From Nitrospirales bacterium (GTDB lineage Bacteria; Nitrospirota; Nitrospiria; Nitrospirales; UBA8639), in assembly GCA_963555755.3 (NCBI GenBank), contig OY820905.2, forward strand, positions 3,840,001 through 3,904,000: DNA of 64,000 nt, given 5' to 3'. Below, piece by piece: positions 12,185-24,300 of this stretch (position 1 is the stretch's first letter; each line of letters starts with the position of its first letter). A program made the translations under genes and the position numbers. The notes under the pieces are model-generated. The model did no database searches, was not told the origin of the DNA, and saw nothing but the letters and a program-made list of their open reading frames with translations.

Positions 12185-13196
12185 GATGGTTCTACGGTTG
12201 ACTCCGGTTAACCAGATCGCCAAGCGTTAGCGGCGCTTTATTCACTGAGATCCCGAGGAGGGTTTGAAACGCAGCCATCGGCGTCTTGCGCCGGTTGAAG
12301 CGGAAAACAAACTCGTCCAGATAGCTCTGGAGATACTTCGGCTCAACCCCGTGATGCGTGCCATTGAGCCACGCCTTGAGGTTGCTGAAGACCCGGTGGA
12401 TAGGGGGCGCAACTTTGTGCGCTCGCCCCGGTGTCCGAACAATTCGCACACGATGCTTGTATCCCACCAGCGCCGCATCGGAATACCCGCGCCAACCATC
12501 GGTTCGGAGTGTGGAGCCGGCCTGAATATTTTCTATCAAAAACCCACGAATGCTGCTCTCGCCTGCATCCTTTAGGAGCGAGAGACGCAACCGCCCTGCC
12601 CGTTCACATTGTTTTCCCTTCTTATCAGTATAGGGGAGAACCTCAACGGCACCGATCAGCAAACTCTTGTGCTTGGCTGCAGGTGAGCCTCGACCTTGCT
12701 TGCCTGTTGCTGGTCCGCCGATGATCGCCTCATCGGCCTCAATCAAGCCAGAGAGCTGGCTTCGGTTCTTGTTGACCATTCCTTGACGCAGCCGATGCAG
12801 CATATGCCAGGCTGTGGTGGCGCTCGATAGGCCAAGCTGTCGTGAGAGCTGGACGGCACTGATTCCTGGCGTATGGGTCGTAACGAGATAAGCAGCCCAG
12901 AACCACTCCTGGACGGGCACGTGGGAACGGTGCATGAGCGTGCCTGCCATAGGCGAAGTCTGACGACCACACGTCCTACACTCGAAAACGTAACGCTTGG
13001 AGTTTAGCCAGGCCGACTTACCCGTGCACGTTGGACAAACAAACTCATCTGGCCAGCGACTCTGCACCAAATATTCAAGGCAAGCCTGGCGTGAAGTGAA
13101 GCGTTGGCGGAATTCCCGCATGTCCTTCGGATACTGCGGACGACCCATACCTGCATAGTCGCAACTGTCTCAACCGGAGTCAACCGTAGAACCATC
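12185..13196 (-). mobile_element. IS1595-family element (inner), copy 1
   Basis: TIR GATGGTTCTACGGTTGACTCCGGTT at both ends, around an intact transposase. Confidence 0.9.
12192..13148 (-). CDS. IS1595-family (ISXO2-like) transposase
   Basis: RWPDEFVCPTC Zn ribbon; IEADE, TDGW and YLDEFVFRFNRR. Confidence 0.92.
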   Translation of the reverse strand: MGRPQYPKDMREFRQRFTSRQACLEYLVQSRWPDEFVCPTCTGKSAWLNSKRYVFECRTCGRQTSPMAGTLMHRSHVPVQEWFWAAYLVTTHTPGISAVQLSRQLGLSSATTAWHMLHRLRQGMVNKNRSQLSGLIEADEAIIGGPATGKQGRGSPAAKHKSLLIGAVEVLPYTDKKGKQCERAGRLRLSLLKDAGESSIRGFLIENIQAGSTLRTDGWRGYSDAALVGYKHRVRIVRTPGRAHKVAPPIHRVFSNLKAWLNGTHHGVEPKYLQSYLDEFVFRFNRRKTPMAAFQTLLGISVNKAPLTLGDLVNRSQP

Positions 13197-13563
13197 TAAA
13201 TTTATAAAAAGAGGCTTAGGATTCCTAATCACCCCCATTATTAATAAAAAGGAAGTGGGCGAATGCGAATGCAAACGCTTAAGGGCCGGACGAGCGCGGA
13301 TGTCAAGAATTTCGTTCAGCAGCATGTTGAGCCTGGCAGTACGATTATAACCGACGGACTCACAAGTTATTGCTGTCTGGCAGACGAAGGGTATGCGCAC
13401 AAACCAATGCGAAAGCCCGATGTTGGGGGAAATCACGACCCAGACGCGGACAACCTGTTGCCACGAGTCCACCGTGCCATTTCACTGGTGAAACGTTGGC
13501 TACTGGGCACATACCAGGGACGCCTTGATCATAAGTACCTCGACGCCTACCTGAATGAATTTA

Positions 13564-14575
13564 GATGGTTCTACGGTTGACTCCGGTTAACCAGATCGCC
13601 AAGCGTTAGCGGCGCTTTATTCACTGAGATCCCGAGGAGGGTTTGAAACGCAGCCATCGGCGTCTTGCGCCGGTTGAAGCGGAAAACAAACTCGTCCAGA
13701 TAGCTCTGGAGATACTTCGGCTCAACCCCGTGATGCGTGCCATTGAGCCACGCCTTGAGGTTGCTGAAGACCCGGTGGATAGGGGGCGCAACTTTGTGCG
13801 CTCGCCCCGGTGTCCGAACAATTCGCACACGATGCTTGTATCCCACCAGCGCCGCATCGGAATACCCGCGCCAACCATCGGTTCGGAGTGTGGAGCCGGC
13901 CTGAATATTTTCTATCAAAAACCCACGAATGCTGCTCTCGCCTGCATCCTTTAGGAGCGAGAGACGCAACCGCCCTGCCCGTTCACATTGTTTTCCCTTC
14001 TTATCAGTATAGGGGAGAACCTCAACGGCACCGATCAGCAAACTCTTGTGCTTGGCTGCAGGTGAGCCTCGACCTTGCTTGCCTGTTGCTGGTCCGCCGA
14101 TGATCGCCTCATCGGCCTCAATCAAGCCAGAGAGCTGGCTTCGGTTCTTGTTGACCATTCCTTGACGCAGCCGATGCAGCATATGCCAGGCTGTGGTGGC
14201 GCTCGATAGGCCAAGCTGTCGTGAGAGCTGGACGGCACTGATTCCTGGCGTATGGGTCGTAACGAGATAAGCAGCCCAGAACCACTCCTGGACGGGCACG
14301 TGGGAACGGTGCATGAGCGTGCCTGCCATAGGCGAAGTCTGACGACCACACGTCCTACACTCGAAAACGTAACGCTTGGAGTTTAGCCAGGCCGACTTAC
14401 CCGTGCACGTTGGACAAACAAACTCATCTGGCCAGCGACTCTGCACCAAATATTCAAGGCAAGCCTGGCGTGAAGTGAAGCGTTGGCGGAATTCCCGCAT
14501 GTCCTTCGGATACTGCGGACGACCCATACCTGCATAGTCGCAACTGTCTCAACCGGAGTCAACCGTAGAACCATC
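13564..14575 (-). mobile_element. IS1595-family element (inner), copy 2 (tandem duplicate)
   Basis: Same TIRs and identical translation as copy 1, offset 1379 bp. Confidence 0.9.
13571..14527 (-). CDS. IS1595-family transposase, identical copy
   Basis: Protein identical to 12192-13148. Confidence 0.92.
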   Translation of the reverse strand: MGRPQYPKDMREFRQRFTSRQACLEYLVQSRWPDEFVCPTCTGKSAWLNSKRYVFECRTCGRQTSPMAGTLMHRSHVPVQEWFWAAYLVTTHTPGISAVQLSRQLGLSSATTAWHMLHRLRQGMVNKNRSQLSGLIEADEAIIGGPATGKQGRGSPAAKHKSLLIGAVEVLPYTDKKGKQCERAGRLRLSLLKDAGESSIRGFLIENIQAGSTLRTDGWRGYSDAALVGYKHRVRIVRTPGRAHKVAPPIHRVFSNLKAWLNGTHHGVEPKYLQSYLDEFVFRFNRRKTPMAAFQTLLGISVNKAPLTLGDLVNRSQP

Positions 14576-14734
14576 TAAATTTATCTTTCGATTCAATCGT
14601 TGGACCTCGCGCTCTCGGGGCCTCTTGTTTCATCGACTCCTGGAAAATGCTATCGCAGTCGACCCGGCTCCGCTCCAAAAAATTCAGAGGACCCACAAAA
14701 TCTAGTAGCAACTGGAGTTAAGCCGGTATGCAGG

Positions 14735-15561
14735 TGGAGCCGGGGACCGGCGGCACCCTGGAGACGGACACGACGCTGCTGATGGGGGCCTTCGGCGGCC
14801 GGGGCATCCTGCTCTCGGCGCCGGACAACGCGGGCTTCCAACTGGCCACGCGCACGGACGCCATGCTCACGCGCATGACGTCGGGGGCCGTCGCAGGCCT
14901 CGCCGCGACGGACGCGGAGGCGCACCGGCTGCGGCTGGTCCTGGAAGGCACCCACGAAGTCACGTGGCCGGAAGGCCAGCGCGTGACCCCGACCGTGGAG
15001 TTGGGCGTCCGGCATGACTGGGGCGACGCCGAGACCGGGTTCGGCCTCGAACTGGGCGGCCGGGTGCAGTATGCGGACCCCGGCCATGGCCTGACCATTG
15101 AAGTGGCGGTGCGGGGCCTGCTCGCCCACGAAGACAGCGACTATAAGGAATGGGGCGCCTCGGGCACGATTCGGATCGATCCCGGCCCCACGGGCCAGGG
15201 CCTCTCCCTGACGCTCGCCCCAACCTGGGGCGCCGCGTCGAGCGGGATAGAAAGCCTCTGGGCCCGGCAGACCACCGCGGGCCTGGCTCCCCAAGGCACC
15301 CGATCGGCCCCAACCGGCCGTCTGAACGCCGAAGTCAGCTATGGTGTCGCCGCGCCCTTCGGCACCGGCCTCCTGACCCCCTATGTGGGCACGGTGCTCA
15401 CGGATGGCGCCGCCCGCACCTACCGGGTGGGCACGCGGCTGGAACTGACCGGGGGCTGGACCACGGGCGTGACGCTGAGCCTGGAAGGGCAGCGGCAGGA
15501 GCCGGTCGGCCCACAGCCAATCTACCAAGGCCTGCAATTCCAAGCCGCCTGGGGGTTCTGA
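14735..15561 (+). pseudogene. 5'-truncated C-terminal beta-barrel (autotransporter-like) fragment of a surface protein
   Basis: Near-identical to 23565-24391; ends in ..QAAWGF; begins at the IS1595 right TIR. Confidence 0.8.
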
Positions 15562-15595
15562 GTCTTTCCTCTCCTGACCGTATCTTCTCTTGTTG

Positions 15596-15631
15596 GAGGG
15601 GCCGCCTCTCATGCGGCCCCTCTTTGCTTTT
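15596..15631 (+). terminator. Rho-independent terminator
   Basis: GAGGGGCCGC-7nt-GCGGCCCCTC followed by TTTGCTTTT, just after the barrel fragment. Confidence 0.7.
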
Positions 15632-15681
15632 GCCGGTGTCCCCGCGCCCTCTCATCCCGCTATCTTCTAAATGGTCATTCC

Positions 15682-16358
15682 TGTCTGTGTTCAGGCATTC
15701 GTTGACCAGATTCGTTGATCTGTTTCGGAGTGTGCCCCTGCAACCCCTGATGGGGGCGCACCTCATGGTCATAGAGTACATATTGCTCCAAGTCGTCCCG
15801 GAACTCCGCGAAAGACGCAAACGTGGTCCCATCGATGGCAGTCGAGATGCCCTCGTTCCCCGGCTTTCTGCTTCACAATGCGTCGTTTCTCCTCTCGCAG
15901 CTTGGGCGTCAAGCGGTTCAGCCCGTAGCGCTGGGTCATCCGATACACGGTACTCGGCGCGGGCGTCAGGAACTGGCAAATCTCATAGCGGTTGACGCCC
16001 TGCCGCCGGTGCAGGAGCACTTGCTGCTCACGAGACCCGTAGACCCCCGGCGGCTTTTCCACTTCGGACCGCGTTTCTGGGGCACCAGGGTCTCCTCCGC
16101 CCCACTCTGGCGAACCCGGTGATCAGAGTTCAAGAAGGTCTGCCGGTGGGTCTGATGAAACCGGTAGAAATCGGCCACACACCGGAACGTGGGGTGGCGT
16201 TTCTGTGTGACCAACTCGTACTCCTGAATCAGGAATTTCCACTTGCGGACATAATTGCGGTAGAGGGTTTTGTCGTGGGTATTGTGTCGCATGGCTTCGC
16301 CTCCAGGTGAAAGGTGGATCGTCCCTTCATTCTGTCAACGAATGACTGAACCTTTACA
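15682..16358 (-). mobile_element. Internally deleted IS481-like element
   Basis: Imperfect TGT-terminated TIRs (TGTCTGTGTTCAGGCATTCGTTGAC / TGTAAAGGTTCAGTCATTCGTTGAC); frameshifted transposase fragments starting MRHNTHDKTL. Confidence 0.6.
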
Positions 16359-16658
16359 ATCTCCGACCTAAGTGGGGGGCCAGTGTCGTTGCTTTTGGTC
16401 GTCGTACCCGCGCGATCGTATCGCACCGTGTCCCCAGGCGGGGGCCGGGGTGCGCGCCGCTGTCATGCCGCGCAACACGCGGAGTAGAGCAGGCCAACAG
16501 GGCGGCCACTCGGCGTGGCCTCGTCAGGAGGCGGGGGCACGGGGAATCTGGTCGTCCCTCCTCCAGGCAACGCGTGCGACGCGCCGCGTGCATGGAGCCG
16601 TCCGGTATCCGCGTCCGACGTTCAGGTCAGTGCGGTGGGTCGATTGCCGGGGGCACGC

Positions 16659-17609
16659 CTAGGTCGAGCGCGTGGTGCGTCGCGTGGTGCGGGCTGGGGC
16701 CTCGACGCGCTCCTGCGCAGCCGTCTGCAGGAGCCATCGCCGGAACGCCTGGACATGCGGCTCGCGGCTCGCCGCTTCGGTGGTGATCAGGCAGCAACGC
16801 GTGCGCAGGTGGTCGGCCTGGTTAAACACAGGCACCAGCACTCCCTGTTGCAATTCGGGTGCAATGAGCGTGGGGCGTCCGAGGGCCACCCCCAAGCCCG
16901 CCGTGGCCGCGTGAATCAGCAGGCTGCAGAGACGGAAGCCCGAGGCGTTCGACAGGTCCGGCGGAAGGGAGCCTTGGGCCGTGAACCAGGACGACCAATC
17001 GGCTGGCCAGCCCAGATGGTAGAGCAGGGGCCAGGAACGCAGGGCTGTCGAGTGGGGGGGCTGGCCGCGCGTCTTGAGAAGCTGCGGACTACAGACGGGG
17101 AACAACGGCTCCTCGAACAACTTCTCCCGGCGAAGGATTTTCACGTTCGGCGTCCCGGCCTCGCCGTCATAGGTGATCCAAAGGTCGAAGTCAGCCCGGT
17201 TGGGGGCGCCGCGCACGTGGTCGGTCTCCAACGTGATGGCGAGGTCGGGCCGGACGGCGGTAAAGGCCGCGACTTTCGGCATGAGCCACCGCTCGGCAAG
17301 GGATTCGATCGCGACGACGCGCAGGCGCCGCTTCGTCGGCATGTTTCGGTGGCGGTCCATGACTGCGGTGATCTCTGTGAGGAGACATTGAACGTCCCCA
17401 AGACAGGCCTGGCCGCGCAGGTTCAGCTTGAGCCCGCGGCGACTGCGGTCAAACAAGGGATGGCCGATGTGATTTTCGAGTACCTTGACGCGGTAGGCGA
17501 CGGCCGGGGGGGTGACCTGGAGTTCCTCGGCGGCGCGGACGAAGCTCTCATGCCGGGCGGCGGCCTCGAAGAAGCGGAGACACTCAAGGGGCGGCAGGGG
17601 GGGCATCAT
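16659..17609 (-). CDS. LysR-family transcriptional regulator (GcvA-like)
   Basis: LPPLECLRFFEAAARHESFVRAAEEL HTH plus a substrate-binding domain (LFPVCSP, AATAGLGVALG). Confidence 0.92.
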   Translation of the reverse strand: MMPPLPPLECLRFFEAAARHESFVRAAEELQVTPPAVAYRVKVLENHIGHPLFDRSRRGLKLNLRGQACLGDVQCLLTEITAVMDRHRNMPTKRRLRVVAIESLAERWLMPKVAAFTAVRPDLAITLETDHVRGAPNRADFDLWITYDGEAGTPNVKILRREKLFEEPLFPVCSPQLLKTRGQPPHSTALRSWPLLYHLGWPADWSSWFTAQGSLPPDLSNASGFRLCSLLIHAATAGLGVALGRPTLIAPELQQGVLVPVFNQADHLRTRCCLITTEAASREPHVQAFRRWLLQTAAQERVEAPARTTRRTTRST

Positions 17610-17693
17610 CTCGATAGTGTTGCTAGCAAGTTTGGCATAAGTGAATTATGTCATAACAAAAAACGTAGGCGGGCGCAAGTCGGGCGCGGCCGG

Positions 17694-17969
17694 TCAGGCG
17701 CGGCCGCGGCGTCGGCGCTGGGTGGCGTCGGAGAGGTCGGTCAGGATGCGCTGGATGTCGGCGTGGTACTGACGGCCACACTGGTTGAGGTGCACCCCAC
17801 GCTGGCGGCGGACGAACAGCGGGGCACGGAGATGGCCTTCGAGCTTGCGGATGCGGTAGGCGACCGCGGCGGCGGTGACCCGGAGTTCCTCGGCGGCGCG
17901 GACGAAGCTCTCATGCCGGGCGGCGGCCTCGAAGAAGCGGAGACACTCAAGTGGCGGCAGGGGTTGCAT
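17694..17969 (-). CDS. HTH-only mini-LysR protein (91 aa)
   Basis: HTH nearly identical to the neighbouring LysR; stops cleanly after the linker helix. Likely start ATG 17969. Confidence 0.75.
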   Translation of the reverse strand: MQPLPPLECLRFFEAAARHESFVRAAEELRVTAAAVAYRIRKLEGHLRAPLFVRRQRGVHLNQCGRQYHADIQRILTDLSDATQRRRRGRA

Positions 17970-18331
17970 GGCGTGGCTGACGGGTGAAAACAGTAACAAG
18001 GATTGTACAATAAATAATTTATATTTTAAAGAAAGATTATTTTTGCAACCGGAATCGATGGTGGGGGTGGCTGCGGCCCGTGGCTCGTCGCGCGAGGTGG
18101 ACGGGGCTGGGCAGGGCTGTCAATAGGCCAGTTATGACAAAATACAATTATGTCTAATCATAAAAAACTCTTTGCTTGCGTATAGTTATCTCCTTTGTTA
18201 TAAGCGAGCCCGCGTCGGGGGCCGTGGCGGCCGGCGGACGGAAAGGGGAAGCCGAACTGGCCTGATGGGCCCTCTCATGAGCGTGCCGCAGACTTTCCAA
18301 AAGGCCGGAAAACAGGAGTGAGGAAGAGAGC

Positions 18332-21300
18332 ATGGTCAATGGCGAATGCCTGGGCGATCTGGGTGCGCCGCATGTGAAAGGATCGGTGAGCTTGATGATG
18401 AACGAGGGCACGAGGATTGACACGATTTGTGAAGAGAGAGACGCTTTTCCGCTAACCGGCGCCCCTGATCCCGCCGGTGCAACTGGAAGGCGTGGTGCCC
18501 CGCGCCCCGCGCCCCACCTCACTCACCGACCCCGTCCCGAGTCCCGCCCGGCCCCCCGCAGGCATCGTGGTGTGGCCCTCGCCTGCGCCGCCCTGGCCCT
18601 GCTCGGCCTCCTGGCCCACCCGTCGCCGGCCGCCGCGCAGGCGGTCACGACCTTCATCAGCAACACCGGGCAGACACCGACCTTCACCTCACCCTTGGTT
18701 CAGGCCGTAGCGTTCACCACGGGCACCGGCACCTACACGCTGTCCAGCGTCGGGATATATCTTGATACTCAGATGGGGCCGGACTCCCCCATCCCGTCGG
18801 TCAATATTCACAGGGACGACGAGGGCAATCCGGCCACCGCCCTACTGATCTCCCTGACCAATCCGGGCACGATCCAGAACAACGCCGTCAACAGCTTCAC
18901 GCCCCCGGCAACACCACGCTGAGTGCCAGCACGACCTACTGGGTGGTCACGACCAATGCCGCCAGGGTCGATGGCACGGGGTTAAATGTCGGCCTGACCA
19001 CACAGGACCCTGGACACCGGCACGGCAGTGGGATGGAGCCTCGGCGACGCGCGTCTTAAGATCGACTTGCAAAGGCCCGACTGGACTGTCAGCGCTCGCC
19101 CCCTCCGCCTCGAGATCCGGGGGACAAGCGGGACCCCCGCGACGGGCGCGCCGACGATCACGGGCACGGCGCAGGTCGGGCAGACGCTGACGGCGGGCAC
19201 CACCTCATCAGGGATGCCGACGGGCTGACTAGCGTCAGCTACACGTACCAGTGGATCCGGACCGAGGCGCCCATCTCCGAGGCGACGGCGAGCACCTACA
19301 CGCTGGTGCCGGCCGACCTGGGCATGACGATCAAGGTAAAGGTGAGCTTCACCGACGCTGCCGGCTACGACGAGACGCTGACCAGCGCGGCGACGGCGAC
19401 CGTCGCGGCGGCGAACACCCCTCCCTCGGCGTCTGACGGGACGGTCACGACGAACGAGGACACGGCCCGCACGTTCGCCGCGGCAGACTTCAATTTCTTG
19501 GACACCGACTCCGGCGACACGTTATCAAACGTAAGGATTGTACGCTTCCGGCTTCGGGCACGGGGACCCTGGCGCTCTCGGGCACGCCTGTGACCGCAGG
19601 GCAGGAGTTCGGCGAGCAAACATAGGCACTCTGACCTACACCCCGCCCGCCAACGCGAACGGGACGGGCTACGCGAGTTTCACCTTCAAGGTCAGCGATG
19701 GCACGGACGAGAGCGCGGCGGACTACACGATGACCATCAACGTGACGGCGGTGAACGACGCCCCGACGGTGGCGACCGCGATTCCGGACCAGCCGGCGAC
19801 GGTGGGGACGGCGTTCAGCTATGCGTTCCCGGGACACCACGTTCACCGACGCGGACACCGGCGCCACGCTGACCTACACGGCGACGCAAGCCGACGGCGC
19901 GGCGCTGCCCACGTGGCTGGGCTTCGCCGCCGGCACGCGCACCTTCTCGGGCACGCCGCAGACGGCGGACGTGGGGACGGTGTCGGTGAAGGTGACCGCC
20001 AGCGACAGCAACGGCGGGTCGGTCAGCGACGAATTCGACATCACGGTGAGCGCGGCGGCGAACACCCCCGCGACGGGCGCGCCGACGATCACGGGCACGG
20101 CGCAGGTCGGGCAGACGCTGACGGCGGACACCACCGACATCATGGATGCCGACGGGCTGACCAGCGTCCGCTACACGTACCAGTGGATCCGGGTGGCCAC
20201 GACAACGACGGCGACGAGACGGACATCTCCGGGGCGACGGCGAGCACCTACACGCTGGTGACGGCCGACCAGGGCACGACGATCAAGGTGAGGGTGAGCT
20301 TCACCGACGACGCCGGCAACCCCGAGACGCTGACCAGCGCGGCGACGACGGCCGTCGCGGCGGCGGCCAACACCCTTCCGACGGCGCTGACGGGACGGTC
20401 ACGACGAACGAGGACACGGGCACGTTCGCTGACGGCGACTTCAATTTCCGGACACCGATGGCGACGGGCTGAAAGCGTAGAGACATTACGCTTCCGGCTT
20501 CGGGACGGGGACCCTGGCGCTCTCGGGCACGCTGTGACTGCAAACCAGGTGGTTGCGGCGACAAACATAGGCACTCTGACCTACACCCCGCCCGCCAACG
20601 CGAACGGGACGGGCTACGCGAGTTTCACCTTCAAGGTCAGCGATGGCACGGCCGAGAGCGCGGCGGCCTACACGATGACCATCACCGTGACGGCGGTGAA
20701 CGACGCCCCGACGGTGGCGAACACGATTGACGCGGACCAGCCGGCGACCGCGGGTCACGGCGTTCAGCTATGCGTTCCCGGCGCGCCACGTTCAGCGACG
20801 CGGACACCGGCGACGCTGACGGCTACACGGCCACGGAAGCCGACGGCGCGGCGCTGCCCACGTGGCTGGGCTTCGCCGCCACCACGCGCACCTTCTCGGG
20901 CACGCCGCAGACGGCGGACGTGGGGACGGTGTCGGTGAAGGTGACCGCCAGCGACGGCAACGGCGGGTCGGTCAGCGGCGATTCGACATCACGGTGAGCG
21001 CGGCGGCCAACACCCTTGCGACGGGCGCGCCGACGATCACGGGCACGGCGCAGGTCGGGCAGACGCTGACGGCGGACACCACCGGCATCATGGATGCCGA
21101 CGGGCTGACCAGCGTCAGCTACACGTACCAGTGGATCCGGGTGGACGACGGCACCGAGACGAACATCTCCGGGGCGACGGCGAGCACCTACACGCTGGTG
21201 ACGGCCGACCAGGGCACGACGATCAAGGTGAGGGTGAGCTTCACCGACGACGCCAGCAACGCCGAGACGCTGACCAGCGCGGCGACGCGGCCGTCGCGGC

Positions 21301-24300
21301 GGCGGCCAACACCCTCCCTCGGCGTCTGACGGGACGGTCACGACGAACGAGGACACGGCCCGCACGTTCGCCGCGGCAGACTTCAATTTCTTGGACACCG
21401 ACCCCGGCGACACGCTCGAAAGCGTAGGATCATTACGCTTCCGGCTTCGGGCACGGGGACCCTGGCGCTCTCGGGCACGGCTGTGACTGCAAACCAGGTG
21501 GTTGCGGCGACAAACATAGGCACTCTACCTACACCCCGCCCGCCAACGCCAACGGGACGGGAGCTACGCGAGTTTCACCTTCAAGGTCAGCGATGGCACG
21601 GCCGAGAGCGCGGCGGCCTACACGATGACCATCACCGTGACGGCGGTGAACGACGCCCCGACGGTGGCGACACGATGACGGACCAGCCGGCGACCGTGGG
21701 GACGGCGTTCAGCTATGCGTTCCCGGCGGAACACGTTCAGCGACGCGGACACCGGCGACACGCTGACCTACACGGCGACGAAAGCCGACGGCGCGGCGCT
21801 GCCCACGTGGCTGGGCTTCGCCGCCGGCACGCGCACCTTCTCGGGCACGCCGCAGACGGCGGACGTGGGGACGGTGTCGGTGAAGGTGACCGCCAGCGAC
21901 GGCAACGCCGGCGGGTCGGTCAGCGGCGATTCGACATCACGGTGAGCGCGGCGGCCAACACCCTTGCGACGGGCGCGCCGACGATCACGGGCACGGCGCA
22001 GGTCGGGCAGACGCTGACGGCGGGCACCACCGGCATCATGGATGCCGACGGGCTGACCAGCGTCACCTACACGTACCAGTGGATCCGGGTGGCCACCGAC
22101 AACACCGAGACGAACATCTCCGGGGCGACGGCGAGCACCTACACGCTGGTGACGGCCGACCAGGGCACGACGATCAAGGTGACGGTGAGCTTCACCGACG
22201 ACGCCAGCAACGCCGAGACGCTGACCAGCGCGGCGACGGCGACCGTCACGGCGGCGGACAACACCCCCGCGACGGGCGCGCCGACGATCACGGGCACGGC
22301 GCAGGTCGGGCAGACGCTGACGGCGGCCACCACCGCCATCATGGATGACGACGGGCTGACCAGCGTCCGCTACACGTACCAGTGGATCCGGGTGGCCACC
22401 GACAACACCGAGACGGACATCTCCGAGGCGACGGCAAGCACCTACACGCTGGTGACGGCGGACCAGGGCATGACGATCAAGGTGAGGGTGAGCTTCACCG
22501 ACGACGCCAGCAACGCCGAGACGCTGACAGCGCGGCGACGACGGCCGTCACGGCGACGACCAACAACTTTGCGACGGGCGCGCCGACGATCACGGGCACG
22601 GCGCAGGTCGGGCAGACGCTGACGGCGGGCACCACCGCCATCATGGATGCCGACGGGCTGACCAGCGTCCGCTACACGTACCAGTGGATCCGGGTGGACG
22701 ACACCACCGAGACGAACATCTCCGGGGCGACGGCGAGCACCTACACGCTGGTGGCGGCGGACGAGGGCAAGACGATCAAGGTGACGGTGAGCTTCACCGA
22801 CGATGCCGGCTACGCCGAGACGCTGACCAGCGCGGCGACGGCGGCCGCGAGGGTGGTCATGGTCGCCCCGTCGACGCTTCGGGCGTGGACGTCGCGGTTC
22901 GGCCGGACCGTGGCGACCCACGTGACGGATGCGGTGGGCGAGCGGCTGCGCCAGTCGCCTGGGGAGGACTCCCAGGTGACGGTGGGCGGCTACCGGCTGC
23001 CGCTGGGGCGGCACGCCGCGGGCGGCGCCGACCCTGACGCCACGGAGCCGGAGACCACCACGGACCGGCTGGCCTCCCTGCTGACGGGGCTGGTGGGCCG
23101 GGTCTTGGGGCTGGCCGCACCGCAGGGCGGCGACCCGCGTGTGGACGAGCCGGACCCGCGCCTAGGGCAATCCCAACCCCTGCAACCCCCCACCATCCGC
23201 TTGCGCGACGTCTTGCTGGGCAGTTCCTTCCGGCTCGCCCTCGGGGATGACGACGCCGCACCCGGGGACCTGCGCCTGACGGCCTGGGGTCGGGTGGCCG
23301 GCACCCAATTCAGCGGCCGCGACGGGGCGTTGACCCTGGACGGGAACGTGCTCACGGGCACCGTGGGCGTGGATAGCGCGTGGGACCGCTGGCTGACCGG
23401 CGTGGCGGTCTCCCACAGCCTGGGGGGCGGCTCGTTCACCGGGGACAGGGCTGGCGACTTCGACAGCAGTACCCTGACGAGCCTCCATCCCTACCTGCGC
23501 TATGCGTTCAACGAGCGGGTGGACGTGTGGAGTGTGCTGGGCTACGGGTGGGGCGACATGACCTTGGAGCCGGGGACCGGCGGCACCCTGGAGACGGACA
23601 CGACGCTGCTGATGGGGGCCTTCGGCGGCCGGGGCATCCTGCTCTCGGCGCCGGACAACGCGGGCTTCCAACTGGCCACGCGCACGGACGCCATGCTCAC
23701 GCGCATGACGTCGGGGGCCGTCGCGGGCCTCGCCGCGACGGACGCGGAGGCGCACCGGCTGCGGCTGGTCCTGGAAGGCACCCGTGAAGTCACGTGGCCG
23801 GAAGGCCAGCGCGTGACCCCGACCGTGGAGTTGGGCGTCCGGCATGACTGGGGCGACGCCGAGACCGGGTTCGGCCTCGAACTGGGCGGCCGGGTGCAGT
23901 ATGCGGACCCCGGCCATGGCCTGACCATTGAAGTGGCGGTGCGGGGCCTGCTCGCCCACGAAGACAGCGACTATAAGGAATGGGGCGCCTCGGGCACGAT
24001 TCGGATCGATCCCGGCCCCACGGGCCAGGGCCTCTCCCTGACGCTCGCCCCAACCTGGGGCGCCGCGTCGAGCGGGATAGAAAGCCTCTGGGCCCGGCAG
24101 ACCACCGCGGGCCTGGCTCCCCAAGGCACCCGGTCGGCCCCAACCGGCCGTCTGAACGCCGAAGTCAGCTATGGTGTCGCCGCGCCCTTCGGCACCGGCC
24201 TCCTGACCCCCTATGTGGGCACGGTGCTTACGGATGGCGCCGCCCGGACCTACCGGGTGGGCACGCGGCTGGAACTGACCGGGGGCTGGACCACGGGCGT

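Larger units (their letters stand above)
11349..14734 (+). mobile_element. IS1595-family element (outer), inactivated and interrupted by a second IS1595
   Basis: TIRs CCTGCATACCGGCTTGACTCCAGTTGC / GCAACTGGAGTTAAGCCGGTATGCAGG. Transposase has a Zn ribbon and VEVDE, an in-frame TAG at 11812, and its C-terminus (..IFRFNR..) resumes after ~14584. Confidence 0.85.

Noticed and set aside
16515..17987. 490-aa plus-strand ORF
   Set aside because: GC-rich antisense shadow of the two LysR genes.
19130..22850. Regular repeats as a possible CRISPR array or DGR template/variable repeat pair
   Set aside because: Repeats are ~300-bp protein-coding modules without unique spacers. There is no cas or reverse transcriptase gene, and I saw no adenine-specific divergence pattern.
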